IMG/VR virus record: IMGVR_UViG_3300030095_000697
Location: 1-30,845 of that record
Origin: a virus
Lineage: Duplodnaviria > Caudoviricetes
Reading direction: 5' to 3' (one strand)
Length of the DNA: 30,845 nt
Shown here: positions 1 through 7,379 of the stretch, piece by piece
How positions within the stretch are numbered: the stretch's first letter is position 1
Layout of the letters: each line of letters starts with the position of its first letter
Position numbers and translations under genes: made by a program
The notes under the pieces: model-generated
Told to the model about the DNA's origin: nothing
Databases searched by the model: none
Seen by the model: only the letters and a program-made list of their open reading frames with translations

Positions 1-722
1 CCTTTATTTCTATCTACCAATCCAGATGTACAATATGCAACTGATTCTTTCGTCATCTTTATTCCACCCATTCCACCTAACTGTGCTGGACTTCCAACAG
101 GATAGGATTGTTTAGGACTGTAAATAAAGAATTCGTCTAATTCAGGAAACTCAAAATCTTCTGGATTATCACTCTTGGGTACATATTGCTTATACTTATC
201 ACTTTCTTTCTTCTTTTGTTTACGTACATAACGCATTTTCATTGCGTCGATATAACGTAACTCTTCAATACCATTCTGAGGATTTTTTAAATCAATCACT
301 TTATGGTAATAAAGTCTGCCATCAATATACCAATTCCTATAGATTTCATGTGCTTTCGCATCAAAATCTAATAATTCTTTGATATATTTAAATTCATCTC
401 TAATTTTATTCTTAATGCCATCACTAGCTCTAAGATTAGAGAGTTCAATTTCAACAGGAGAATCATGAGTATCTGCAACAATTGCTTCATTAACAATGTC
501 TTCAATAGCACTATCACACTCAGGGTGTAATGACATCTCCCGATATCTTTTAATTAATTCAAACTCTGTTCTATATACACCTTCTATATCAACATAGGAT
601 CCAAAAAATCCACTGCTCATATAATGCTCTACCCCGTCCGCATCATTAGGCGGTACGGGGGAAACGGCATCCTTTGGTAATGTGTCAGCGTCCTCAATAG
701 AGAACCCAAATAATTTTGCCAT
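1..722 (-). CDS. g20: Portal vertex protein gp20 (partial; 3' part runs off the window)
   Basis: Not in the ORF track. Manual translation from ATG at 722 gives MAKLFGFSIEDADTLPKDAVSPVPPNDADGVEHYMSSGFFGSYVDIEGVYRTEFELIKRYREMSLHPECDSAIEDIVNEAI...WYIDGRLYYHKVID...LRYIDAMKMRYVRK, a typical T4-like cyanophage portal. Follows g19. Confidence 0.96.
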   Translation of the reverse strand, partial: MAKLFGFSIEDADTLPKDAVSPVPPNDADGVEHYMSSGFFGSYVDIEGVYRTEFELIKRYREMSLHPECDSAIEDIVNEAIVADTHDSPVEIELSNLRASDGIKNKIRDEFKYIKELLDFDAKAHEIYRNWYIDGRLYYHKVIDLKNPQNGIEELRYIDAMKMRYVRKQKKKESDKYKQYVPKSDNPEDFEFPELDEFFIYSPKQSYPVGSPAQLGGMGGIKMTKESVAYCTSGLVDRNK

Positions 723-753
723 AATTTAGAACTGAAGTCTAATTAACTAATTC

Positions 754-760
754 TATTTAG
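754..760 (-). promoter_or_regulatory. T4-like late promoter (CTAAATA) upstream of g20
   Basis: tatttag on + strand, 32 nt upstream of the g20 ATG, intergenic; matches the T4 TATAAATA late-promoter core. Confidence 0.7.
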
Positions 761-780
761 TTAGTTAGATTATGTCAAGT

Positions 781-1386
781 TTATCCTCTTGGAGGTGTAA
801 TAGCACCTGCCTCATATTTAATAATAATAGATTGTACTGCAAATTCTACATCGAATTCTTCAATGGTATCACCACTTTCATATGATAAAGCAATGTCACC
901 AACAGTTACAGGCCAAATATCTTGGAATTGATATTCTGCTAGAATTTTTCTGTCATCGGCGTTAGTAGTCACTCCTTTTGCAGGTGACTTACTACCTCTA
1001 CCCAATTGCTGAACATAACCTTGCCTCATATAACTATTGGGGTCTGTAACTCCAGTGTTATTTTCAAGATTTAAAATACCTTCACTCCACTTCTCCATTG
1101 CTCTTCTGATGGCAAAGTTCTCATCATTAATAACGGTTACAGTCCAATTATCAATTGTTCTGTCTCCTGCAACCTTAAATTGACGACCTCTAAATGGTAC
1201 ATCAATAGAAGCAATATTTTGAGCAGGTAAGTTTGATGCTTTACATAAGAATTCAAAGTTTTCTTGTGTAGTCGCATTCCAATTTGTTGCGAATGGAAGA
1301 TCTGGGATTCTTACATTGAATAAATTGGGTCTTGCACCTCCTCCTAAGAGTCGGGATTTAAAATCCGAGAGTTTTTTGACTGCCAT
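781..1386 (-). CDS. g19: Tail tube protein gp19
   Basis: GGARPNLF, FLCKASNLP, VPFRGRQFKVAGDRT..WTVTVIND and IEEFDVEF motifs; lies between g18 and g20; GGAGG Shine-Dalgarno at about 1397-1401. Confidence 0.96.
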   Translation of the reverse strand: MAVKKLSDFKSRLLGGGARPNLFNVRIPDLPFATNWNATTQENFEFLCKASNLPAQNIASIDVPFRGRQFKVAGDRTIDNWTVTVINDENFAIRRAMEKWSEGILNLENNTGVTDPNSYMRQGYVQQLGRGSKSPAKGVTTNADDRKILAEYQFQDIWPVTVGDIALSYESGDTIEEFDVEFAVQSIIIKYEAGAITPPRG

Positions 1387-1408
1387 TGTTAGTGTTCCTC
1401 CTGTTTGT

Positions 1409-1415
1409 TATTTAG
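1409..1415 (-). promoter_or_regulatory. T4-like late promoter (CTAAATA) upstream of g19
   Basis: tatttag on + strand in the g18-g19 spacer, 23 nt upstream of the ATG. Confidence 0.72.
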
Positions 1416-1424
1416 ATATTAAAA

Positions 1425-3707
1425 TTAAACTCTACCAGCCACTTCTTCAAAGCTAATACCTGTACGGGTAGCAACGAAGGTTAGTGTTACGTAGTTGATT
1501 GACTTGGTAGGCTTCAGGAAGATGTCTGCACGGAATTCATTATTATCGATGACATCAGGGGTGTTATTTGTTGTATCGCAAATAACTAGGAATCCATAAA
1601 GTCCTCTCTTAGCCTGAACATCACGAAGATAAGGTTCAACGATATTACGGAAGTTTGCCCGTGTGATTTCATCGTTGAGTTCAAAGAGTTGAGCCTCTGC
1701 TGCACTTTCAAGTGCTTGCTCGACTGTTAGGAATAGGCGACGAACATTGATTCTGTCAAAGGCAGAAGCATATGCAAGTCCAGTTTTATCTCCGAAGAGA
1801 AGTGTTCCTGTTCCTGATTGTGTAATAACAGAGTTAACTCTTTGTGGATAAAGAATGTCTCTCTGTGCTTTATCTGGGTTGTATGCTAGTTTAACAGCAT
1901 TATTAAGAATACCACGCTGTTGTCCTGCAGGTGAGAACCAAGGATATGCCTCGATTGCAGTTCTAGTCATTAGACCAGCAATGTCTCCATTACATGGAAT
2001 ATAACGGAACTTATTATTAAATCTATCATAAGTGTACTTATAACCACTATCGAATACTGCGTAAGAAGAAGAACTTAATGCACTGAAGTAATCAATTAGG
2101 TTATTTGTTTGAGTATCGCTATTTGTAACACCAACAAGATCTGCTCTATGTGGTCCAACAGTAGCAACACAATCCTTTCTCGCTCCTGCGATAGAGATTA
2201 GTTTGTTTGCTTTTGCCTGTGATTCTGCTTTAGTTGAACAACCAGGACCCATGATGAGGTAATCAACCGCAACATTGTCTTTATTGTCAAACTCTTCATA
2301 AGCAGTCATCAAATCTCCAAGAGATACACTGAATCCACCATGCGTGGTTCCTGCACCTAATTGAGTATTAAGAGAATAATCATTACCACCGATTAGTTTG
2401 TAACCAACGTTACCAATTGCGTTAAAGGTAACTCCTTGTGCATCAAGACCCCATGTACCATCATTAGTTGGTATTGGTGTTCCTTGACCACCACTAGATG
2501 TAGAGAATCCAGTTGCTACAGGTGTAGTGTTATGGAATGTATCATCTGTTTCGCCAGGATTACCACCTGCATAGATGTATGCTGAATTGTCCGCAACAAA
2601 CTGTTCGTAGAATGTCTTCTCAGGAGCATTAGTGCCAGATATGGCATCTTTTGCTTTAGAAAGATTAGTCCACTTTTCAAGAAGATTACCCTTAATACCA
2701 GTAATTCTTCCATCATCATCTACAACTGCAATGTGAAGACCATCACCTTCTGAATTTCTATCTCTAGCATATCCGCTACTTACAGGTCTTGCAGCAACTG
2801 ACTTCCAACTAATTGTAGAATTAGTAAGATTTAAATTCTGTTGATCGTACCAATCTTCAACACCCGTTCCACTGTTTAGAGTTGAATTAGATAAAGTCGA
2901 TCCGTAACCACCAAGGTTATTAGAAAGACCTGTTGCTCCACTAAACCAAACAACTGATCCAGTTGTAAATGCAGAACCTACATTTCCTTCTGCATAATCG
3001 ATTAATGTAGTAGTTGATCCACTACCTACTGTTTCTACACGACAAACAATCTTAACATCTACAGTACTGTTTGCACCAATAGCAGTGTCTGTTTTAACAC
3101 CAGTAACAATTCCTTTAAGGAAACCAGTGAATGCATTAGCAGTACCAACACCAGCAACTGTGTAACCTGCAATCGCAGCAGTAACAGCAGCACCAACTGT
3201 AGCACCTACACCAGCAAGACTAACTGTGCTAACACCAATTGTTTGATCTGCAAAGTCGTCAATAAAGCAAACTTTTAATCCATTCGCCCAAGAACCAGGG
3301 TTCTTAGCAGCATATGAGAAGTTAGTTGCATCTGAATGACTTGTTATATAATCATCGTAATTATCAATTCTTCCTGATCCTATCATGGAGACGGAAGCAA
3401 CACCAACACCAGAGTTAGCGTTACCGAATATTAGTCCACCACCTGCTCTAACTACTTTTAATACTCCACCATATGTGAGGTATGAAGATGCTGCCATCCA
3501 ATACTCATATTGAGCATCTGCTTCTTGTGGTTTACCAAATACGTTTATTAAATCTTGCTCTGTGGCAATATCTGTTGGTTCATTAACAGGTCCTTGAACA
3601 AAAGGAGCAGCAATTGCACCAATATTATCTAAGACGTTTTCTGCTCTTCCTACTGTTAGGTCAACCTCCCTAATCAGTACTCCAGGAGATAATTGTGGAG
3701 TTGCCAT
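1425..3707 (-). CDS. g18: Contractile tail sheath protein gp18
   Basis: N-terminal LSPGVLIREVDLT; C-terminal PWFSPAG..RG, FGDKT, AFDRINVRRLF, FELNDEITR and KPTKSINYVTLTFVATRTG motifs. Confidence 0.97.
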   Translation of the reverse strand: MATPQLSPGVLIREVDLTVGRAENVLDNIGAIAAPFVQGPVNEPTDIATEQDLINVFGKPQEADAQYEYWMAASSYLTYGGVLKVVRAGGGLIFGNANSGVGVASVSMIGSGRIDNYDDYITSHSDATNFSYAAKNPGSWANGLKVCFIDDFADQTIGVSTVSLAGVGATVGAAVTAAIAGYTVAGVGTANAFTGFLKGIVTGVKTDTAIGANSTVDVKIVCRVETVGSGSTTTLIDYAEGNVGSAFTTGSVVWFSGATGLSNNLGGYGSTLSNSTLNSGTGVEDWYDQQNLNLTNSTISWKSVAARPVSSGYARDRNSEGDGLHIAVVDDDGRITGIKGNLLEKWTNLSKAKDAISGTNAPEKTFYEQFVADNSAYIYAGGNPGETDDTFHNTTPVATGFSTSSGGQGTPIPTNDGTWGLDAQGVTFNAIGNVGYKLIGGNDYSLNTQLGAGTTHGGFSVSLGDLMTAYEEFDNKDNVAVDYLIMGPGCSTKAESQAKANKLISIAGARKDCVATVGPHRADLVGVTNSDTQTNNLIDYFSALSSSSYAVFDSGYKYTYDRFNNKFRYIPCNGDIAGLMTRTAIEAYPWFSPAGQQRGILNNAVKLAYNPDKAQRDILYPQRVNSVITQSGTGTLLFGDKTGLAYASAFDRINVRRLFLTVEQALESAAEAQLFELNDEITRANFRNIVEPYLRDVQAKRGLYGFLVICDTTNNTPDVIDNNEFRADIFLKPTKSINYVTLTFVATRTGISFEEVAGRV

Positions 3708-3738
3708 GTGTTTTTCCGAATCTCAGTTATCTAGAAAT

Positions 3739-3745
3739 TATTTAT
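3739..3745 (-). promoter_or_regulatory. T4-like late promoter (ATAAATA) upstream of g18
   Basis: tatttat on + strand in the g17-g18 spacer, 32 nt upstream of the ATG. Confidence 0.72.
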
Positions 3746-3768
3746 TGTTTACTACATTTACGAAGGGT

Positions 3769-3797
3769 AAAAGTGCTATGAGCAATGCATGAACACT
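3769..3797 (-). terminator. Possible weak intrinsic terminator after g17
   Basis: Minus-strand RNA AGUGUU-C-AUG-CAUUGCU-CAU-AGCACU-UUU forms an imperfect stem with a short U tract immediately after the g17 stop. Confidence 0.3.
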
Positions 3798-3798
3798 G

Positions 3799-5451
3799 CT
3801 ACATGTACTCCCACATGTAAGAACGATCACCATATTCATCAGTATTCCATCTATCACCATCAACATCTACAAAACTACCCTCATCTAATCCGTCAGACAT
3901 AAATCCAAATGGAGCCATATCTTGTTCTATTTGATTCTTCTGTTCATCATATAATCTCTTTCTTACATCCTGATCAGTAAGTTCTTTAAAATAATCCTGT
4001 GCAACCAACCATGCATATATGACTAAACACATAGCAAGGTCATCATGGCATCCTTCTTCTGCCTCAAATGAATTACTTTTCTGAATGAATGTAGTTAATT
4101 CACTCATAATATCATAATCGCAAAAAAGAAGTTTATTTTCTTCTACTAAAGTCTTTAAGTTAAGAGCACCTACTTTCTTAACTGTCTTAGACATCTTAAC
4201 TCCAAGTTGAGTTTTCTTACCAGAAAATCCTTGACCTACAACTTGTCCTGCCCTTCCCCTCATAGAACACATTAATAAATTAGGATACTCTAAATCAAAA
4301 TTGAGAATAGCTGCTACTTGATCTCCTACATCATTTACCTCACATAAAATAAATGCTTTATTATATTTAAGACCAATTTCTTGAATAATACTGGGAAAAA
4401 GCATAGGTTTAATATCATTATTCCTATACTTTGCAACTACAGAGTGAGGGAACTCTGTTATATCAATCACAACAAAAGCAGAATAATCCTTTCCAACACC
4501 TCTCGCAACGTCTACTGAAATTATATAATCATGATTTTTTTGTGGTTCTACATATACATCTAAACCAGCACTAGTTGTTTCTGGTTGTTGATATACTAAT
4601 GCTCTTAATTTAGCAGGAGCAATAAGAGTATCAACAGATCCTAAGAACTCACACTCAAACTCAATCTTAAATTGTTGTTCTGATGTATTGGCAATTGTTT
4701 GTTCTTTCCATACATCGTCTCTGCCAGGTACTTCACTCCAATGAACATCGGTTGGTACATATTCATTCTTACCTCTTTCTGCATCATGCCAATACCTATA
4801 GAAGTGGTTCATCCCGTGAGGGGTTGAAACCATTATGACTTTAGTTGTTTTACCAGAAGTAATAGTAGGATAAACACTAGAAAAGAAAGCATCAGCGATG
4901 TGATTGGGAACAAAAGCAAACTCATCCAAGAAGAGGATGTTGAAAGACATACCCCGAACAGCACTAGCACTAGTGGAAGCTGCCAAGATTTTACTACCAT
5001 TTTCTAACTCCAGTGAACCTTTATTCCATGATATAATTCCTTGCTGCATCCATTTGGGTAAGTTTTCATATGCAGTCTGCAATCTGCCCAGTAAGTCTCT
5101 GGCAGTTGCTGCCTTGTTAGCAAGAATGCCAATGTTTACATTATCATTAAACACGGCATAATGTAAAAGATATGATACCGACGTTGTAGACTTACCAGTC
5201 TGACGAGGCATCTTACATATATTAAATCTATTCTCGTGGAAATTTCTAATTAACTTTTGCTGAAAATCATATGGTTGGAAAGGAACAAGACCTTCATCCA
5301 AACTAACAATCTTTACATGTTGCTGTGCAAAATATACGGGGTCATTCTTACATGCCATAAACTCAAGAATTTGGTCTTTCGTAAATTCTTGTTGGACATT
5401 AGCTTTCTTTAAAAGCGGATTACCTAGATATACTTCATCTTGTACTGGCAT
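3799..5451 (-). CDS. g17: Terminase large subunit gp17
   Basis: YLGNPLLKKAN, Walker A PRQTGKST, Walker B ILFLDEFAF, VSTPHG coupling motif, nuclease VDVARG..DYSAF and HDDLAM; appears uninterrupted. Confidence 0.98.
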   Translation of the reverse strand: MPVQDEVYLGNPLLKKANVQQEFTKDQILEFMACKNDPVYFAQQHVKIVSLDEGLVPFQPYDFQQKLIRNFHENRFNICKMPRQTGKSTTSVSYLLHYAVFNDNVNIGILANKAATARDLLGRLQTAYENLPKWMQQGIISWNKGSLELENGSKILAASTSASAVRGMSFNILFLDEFAFVPNHIADAFFSSVYPTITSGKTTKVIMVSTPHGMNHFYRYWHDAERGKNEYVPTDVHWSEVPGRDDVWKEQTIANTSEQQFKIEFECEFLGSVDTLIAPAKLRALVYQQPETTSAGLDVYVEPQKNHDYIISVDVARGVGKDYSAFVVIDITEFPHSVVAKYRNNDIKPMLFPSIIQEIGLKYNKAFILCEVNDVGDQVAAILNFDLEYPNLLMCSMRGRAGQVVGQGFSGKKTQLGVKMSKTVKKVGALNLKTLVEENKLLFCDYDIMSELTTFIQKSNSFEAEEGCHDDLAMCLVIYAWLVAQDYFKELTDQDVRKRLYDEQKNQIEQDMAPFGFMSDGLDEGSFVDVDGDRWNTDEYGDRSYMWEYM

Positions 5452-5452
5452 A

Positions 5453-6136
5453 TCAATTCATTAATAATGGGTCACCTGGTTTATATGTAGACACTTGGTA
5501 ATTCCATATCTTAGCACCTGGATATACTTTATGAACTTGGTCTCTAATTTCTTTTCTTGATGGTGTTGTTACTTGAGGGAAAAATGTCTTAAGCATATAA
5601 TTAGATCCTCTCCATGCCAAATACACATCAATTATATTTCCGACTCTAGGAGCAATTCTAGTTGTTTCACTCAAATCTTCATAAGGAACATTTGATTTAG
5701 GTGAAACCATAGGTTCTGGTTTAATTATATCAACAGATTCAATTTTTGTTGGATTAAAATCATCTCTCCAATCAGAAGTGTTATAATTATCAACTACTTG
5801 TTCAAGTATCTTATCACCTACATTTACATTATTTTCTTCAAACCATCCTTTATTTACTTCTAAAGCATACTGAATTTCCCCATCCGAATATACTGGAATG
5901 AGGTTATGGGGTTTTAATTCTTTAATACTATCAATTGTCCCATCTTCCTTAATAAATGCAATATCCAAAGGAATCTGAGTATCTTTCATATGAAAAGATT
6001 GTTGCTCTACACTATCAAATATAAACAACATACCACTATCTTCTTCCAGATTTTCTCTGAACATTAGTCCCAATTTAAACTCTGCTGGAGAGTTGGGAAC
6101 TTCTATATTAAGTGGTAGACTTATATGAATATTCAT
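5453..6136 (-). CDS. DUF192-domain protein fused to an uncharacterised C-terminal domain
   Basis: GLMFRENL...GMLFIF...FHMKDTQIPLDIAFI..DG...YALEVNKG......VGD is the DUF192 signature (about aa 8-110); about 115 further residues follow. Confidence 0.82.
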   Translation of the reverse strand: MNIHISLPLNIEVPNSPAEFKLGLMFRENLEEDSGMLFIFDSVEQQSFHMKDTQIPLDIAFIKEDGTIDSIKELKPHNLIPVYSDGEIQYALEVNKGWFEENNVNVGDKILEQVVDNYNTSDWRDDFNPTKIESVDIIKPEPMVSPKSNVPYEDLSETTRIAPRVGNIIDVYLAWRGSNYMLKTFFPQVTTPSRKEIRDQVHKVYPGAKIWNYQVSTYKPGDPLLMN

Positions 6137-6158
6137 TATAGGTAAGCATCCTTACCTT

Positions 6159-6482
6159 TTATTTATCAAATAAGTGGTGCTTAGATGTACCTGCATTGTC
6201 ATTTGATATATCTCCTATTCCAGTTTCTTCAGTTTCTTCTAATTCATAACTCCAATCTTCTATGACTGTATTAGAAAGCATTCTATCAGAAAGAAGATCC
6301 ATTTCTTCTCTTGCTATCTCTTCAGTCTCAGCATCAAACCAAAAATCAATTGCCTTACCAATCCTCAATAAATGTGGTTCAAGATTCGGAGCAACCATAT
6401 GTATATTCTTCATAACTGCATTACCAGCAGCATCTGATACAGACCCTCTTAGTCTGACAAAAACTAATGCTTTAAATCTCAT
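6159..6482 (-). CDS. purS: PurS-like phosphoribosylformylglycinamidine synthase subunit (auxiliary metabolic gene)
   Basis: MRFKALVFVRLRGSVSDAAG.AV...LRIGKAIDF...MLSNTVIEDWSYEL matches the PurS pattern. Start placed at 6482 (MRFK, 107 aa) rather than 6506 because a real ORF occupies the upstream frame. Confidence 0.82.
   Translation of the reverse strand: MRFKALVFVRLRGSVSDAAGNAVMKNIHMVAPNLEPHLLRIGKAIDFWFDAETEEIAREEMDLLSDRMLSNTVIEDWSYELEETEETGIGDISNDNAGTSKHHLFDK
6160..6166 (-). promoter_or_regulatory. T4-like late promoter (ATAAATA) upstream of the DUF192/g17 unit
   Basis: Overlaps the last codons of purS (GAT AAA TAA), 24 nt upstream of the ATG at 6136. Confidence 0.62.
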
Positions 6483-6639
6483 TTCTTTCCCACTCTGCTG
6501 AATCATATTCTATCACAATTTTTTTATATTGACGACCTGTACTTTCATAGACTTCTCTTCTCTCCATTGTTCCACCCAACTCAGCAGTAATAGTTAAAAG
6601 TTCTGCTATTAAATCTCCATCATTCATTTTATTTTCCAT
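6472..6639 (-). CDS. Hypothetical 55-aa protein (not in ORF track)
   Basis: MENKMNDGDLIAELLTITAELGGTMERREVYESTGRQYKKIVIEYDSAEWERNEI*; its start overlaps the upstream stop (TAATG) and its end overlaps the purS start, filling the gap exactly. Confidence 0.75.
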   Translation of the reverse strand: MENKMNDGDLIAELLTITAELGGTMERREVYESTGRQYKKIVIEYDSAEWERNEI

Positions 6640-6788
6640 TAAAATTGTTTAGGATGTGTTACTACATCACCATGTATCTCACCAATATCATCTATGTGTG
6701 CATGGTCAATGTCAACATGTAATCCTTTTTCATAAAAGTTTGCAATTCTCTCTAGAGCATTTGCAATACGATTCAAATCATCACTCAT
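6639..6788 (-). CDS. Hypothetical 49-aa His/Asp-rich protein (not in ORF track)
   Basis: MSDDLNRIANALERIANFYEKGLHVDIDHAHIDDIGEIHGDVVTHPKQF*; ATGA overlap with the DUF1257 stop and TAATG overlap with the next ORF. Confidence 0.75.
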   Translation of the reverse strand: MSDDLNRIANALERIANFYEKGLHVDIDHAHIDDIGEIHGDVVTHPKQF

Positions 6789-7174
6789 ACCCACCTCGTT
6801 ACTGTAAGTTCAATGCTATTATCATCCATCTCCCACTCTTCGTCAACCTGAAATCCCATTTCTTTAACTTTATTATGGATTGTCATCCTAGCATATTGTT
6901 GATTTACTTTATCCATCAACCTTTCTACGGGAACAGGTTGATTCCAAGTTTCTAAGTCAGCAACTAATTCATAGTTACCTGTCATTGGATTCATACGAAA
7001 TCCAATATCAGTTCCAATAGCAAGTTCTGCTTCAACTGTTTCATGACCAATACCATGATTACCAGTTACTCTAAGTTCTTGGTCTTGTTTTACATCATAC
7101 TGAAGTATCTCCAGTGCTTCCTGTAATTGTGACTTGTCCTTGAGTTTCGTTTTTATTGTGCTGAAGTGCGACAT
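6785..7174 (-). CDS. ycf35: DUF1257 / Ycf35-family protein
   Basis: MSHFSTIKT.L.D...L.EAL..L.Y, DIGFR.N..TG.YELVADL.TW, V.QQYA and GFQV.EE...D.SIEL.VTRW are the Ycf35/DUF1257 signature. Confidence 0.88.
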   Translation of the reverse strand: MSHFSTIKTKLKDKSQLQEALEILQYDVKQDQELRVTGNHGIGHETVEAELAIGTDIGFRMNPMTGNYELVADLETWNQPVPVERLMDKVNQQYARMTIHNKVKEMGFQVDEEWEMDDNSIELTVTRWV

Positions 7175-7346
7175 TGTTAGAATAAAATTCGGGTTTAAAT
7201 TGGCGAGTTTCTAAAACTCCAAGTTTCTTCTCTATAGATTCAGTAATTTCTACACACTGGTGAGAAGTAAATCCAGTAGCTTCTTCAGTTACATAACCAT
7301 CTTGTCTGATGGTGAACTTAAGAGTTTGTTGTTCAGGCATAATCAT
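7095..7346 (-). CDS. DUF2997-family protein
   Basis: TLKFTIRQDG.V.EEATGF....C.EITE.IEKKLG......KPEFY pattern; directly upstream of DUF1257, as in bacteria. Start may be at 7340. Confidence 0.82.
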   Translation of the reverse strand: MIMPEQQTLKFTIRQDGYVTEEATGFTSHQCVEITESIEKKLGVLETRQFKPEFYSNNVALQHNKNETQGQVTITGSTGDTSV

Positions 7347-7360
7347 TCACAACTAACATT

Positions 7361-7369
7361 ATTATAGCA
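7361..7369 (-). promoter_or_regulatory. Extended -10 sigma70-type promoter (TGcTATAAT)
   Basis: Perfect TGnTATAAT in the short spacer upstream of DUF2997; no good -35 at 17-nt spacing. Confidence 0.55.
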
Positions 7370-7376
7370 TATTTAT
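7370..7376 (-). promoter_or_regulatory. T4-like late promoter (ATAAATA) upstream of DUF2997
   Basis: tatttat on + strand, 24 nt upstream of the ATG at 7346, abutting the extended -10. Confidence 0.62.
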
Positions 7377-7379
7377 TGC

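Noticed and set aside
3799-5451. Intein, intron or homing endonuclease in the terminase
   Set aside because: Normal length, continuous motifs and no splice or endonuclease signatures.
6483-6506. Longer purS start (MIQQSGKE)
   Set aside because: Lies within the 55-aa ORF; PurS similarity begins at MRFK.
6656-6955. Plus-strand 99-aa His/Cys-rich ORF (MLLHHHV...)
   Set aside because: Antisense to ycf35 and to the coupled 49-aa ORF; non-ATG start and no supporting signals.
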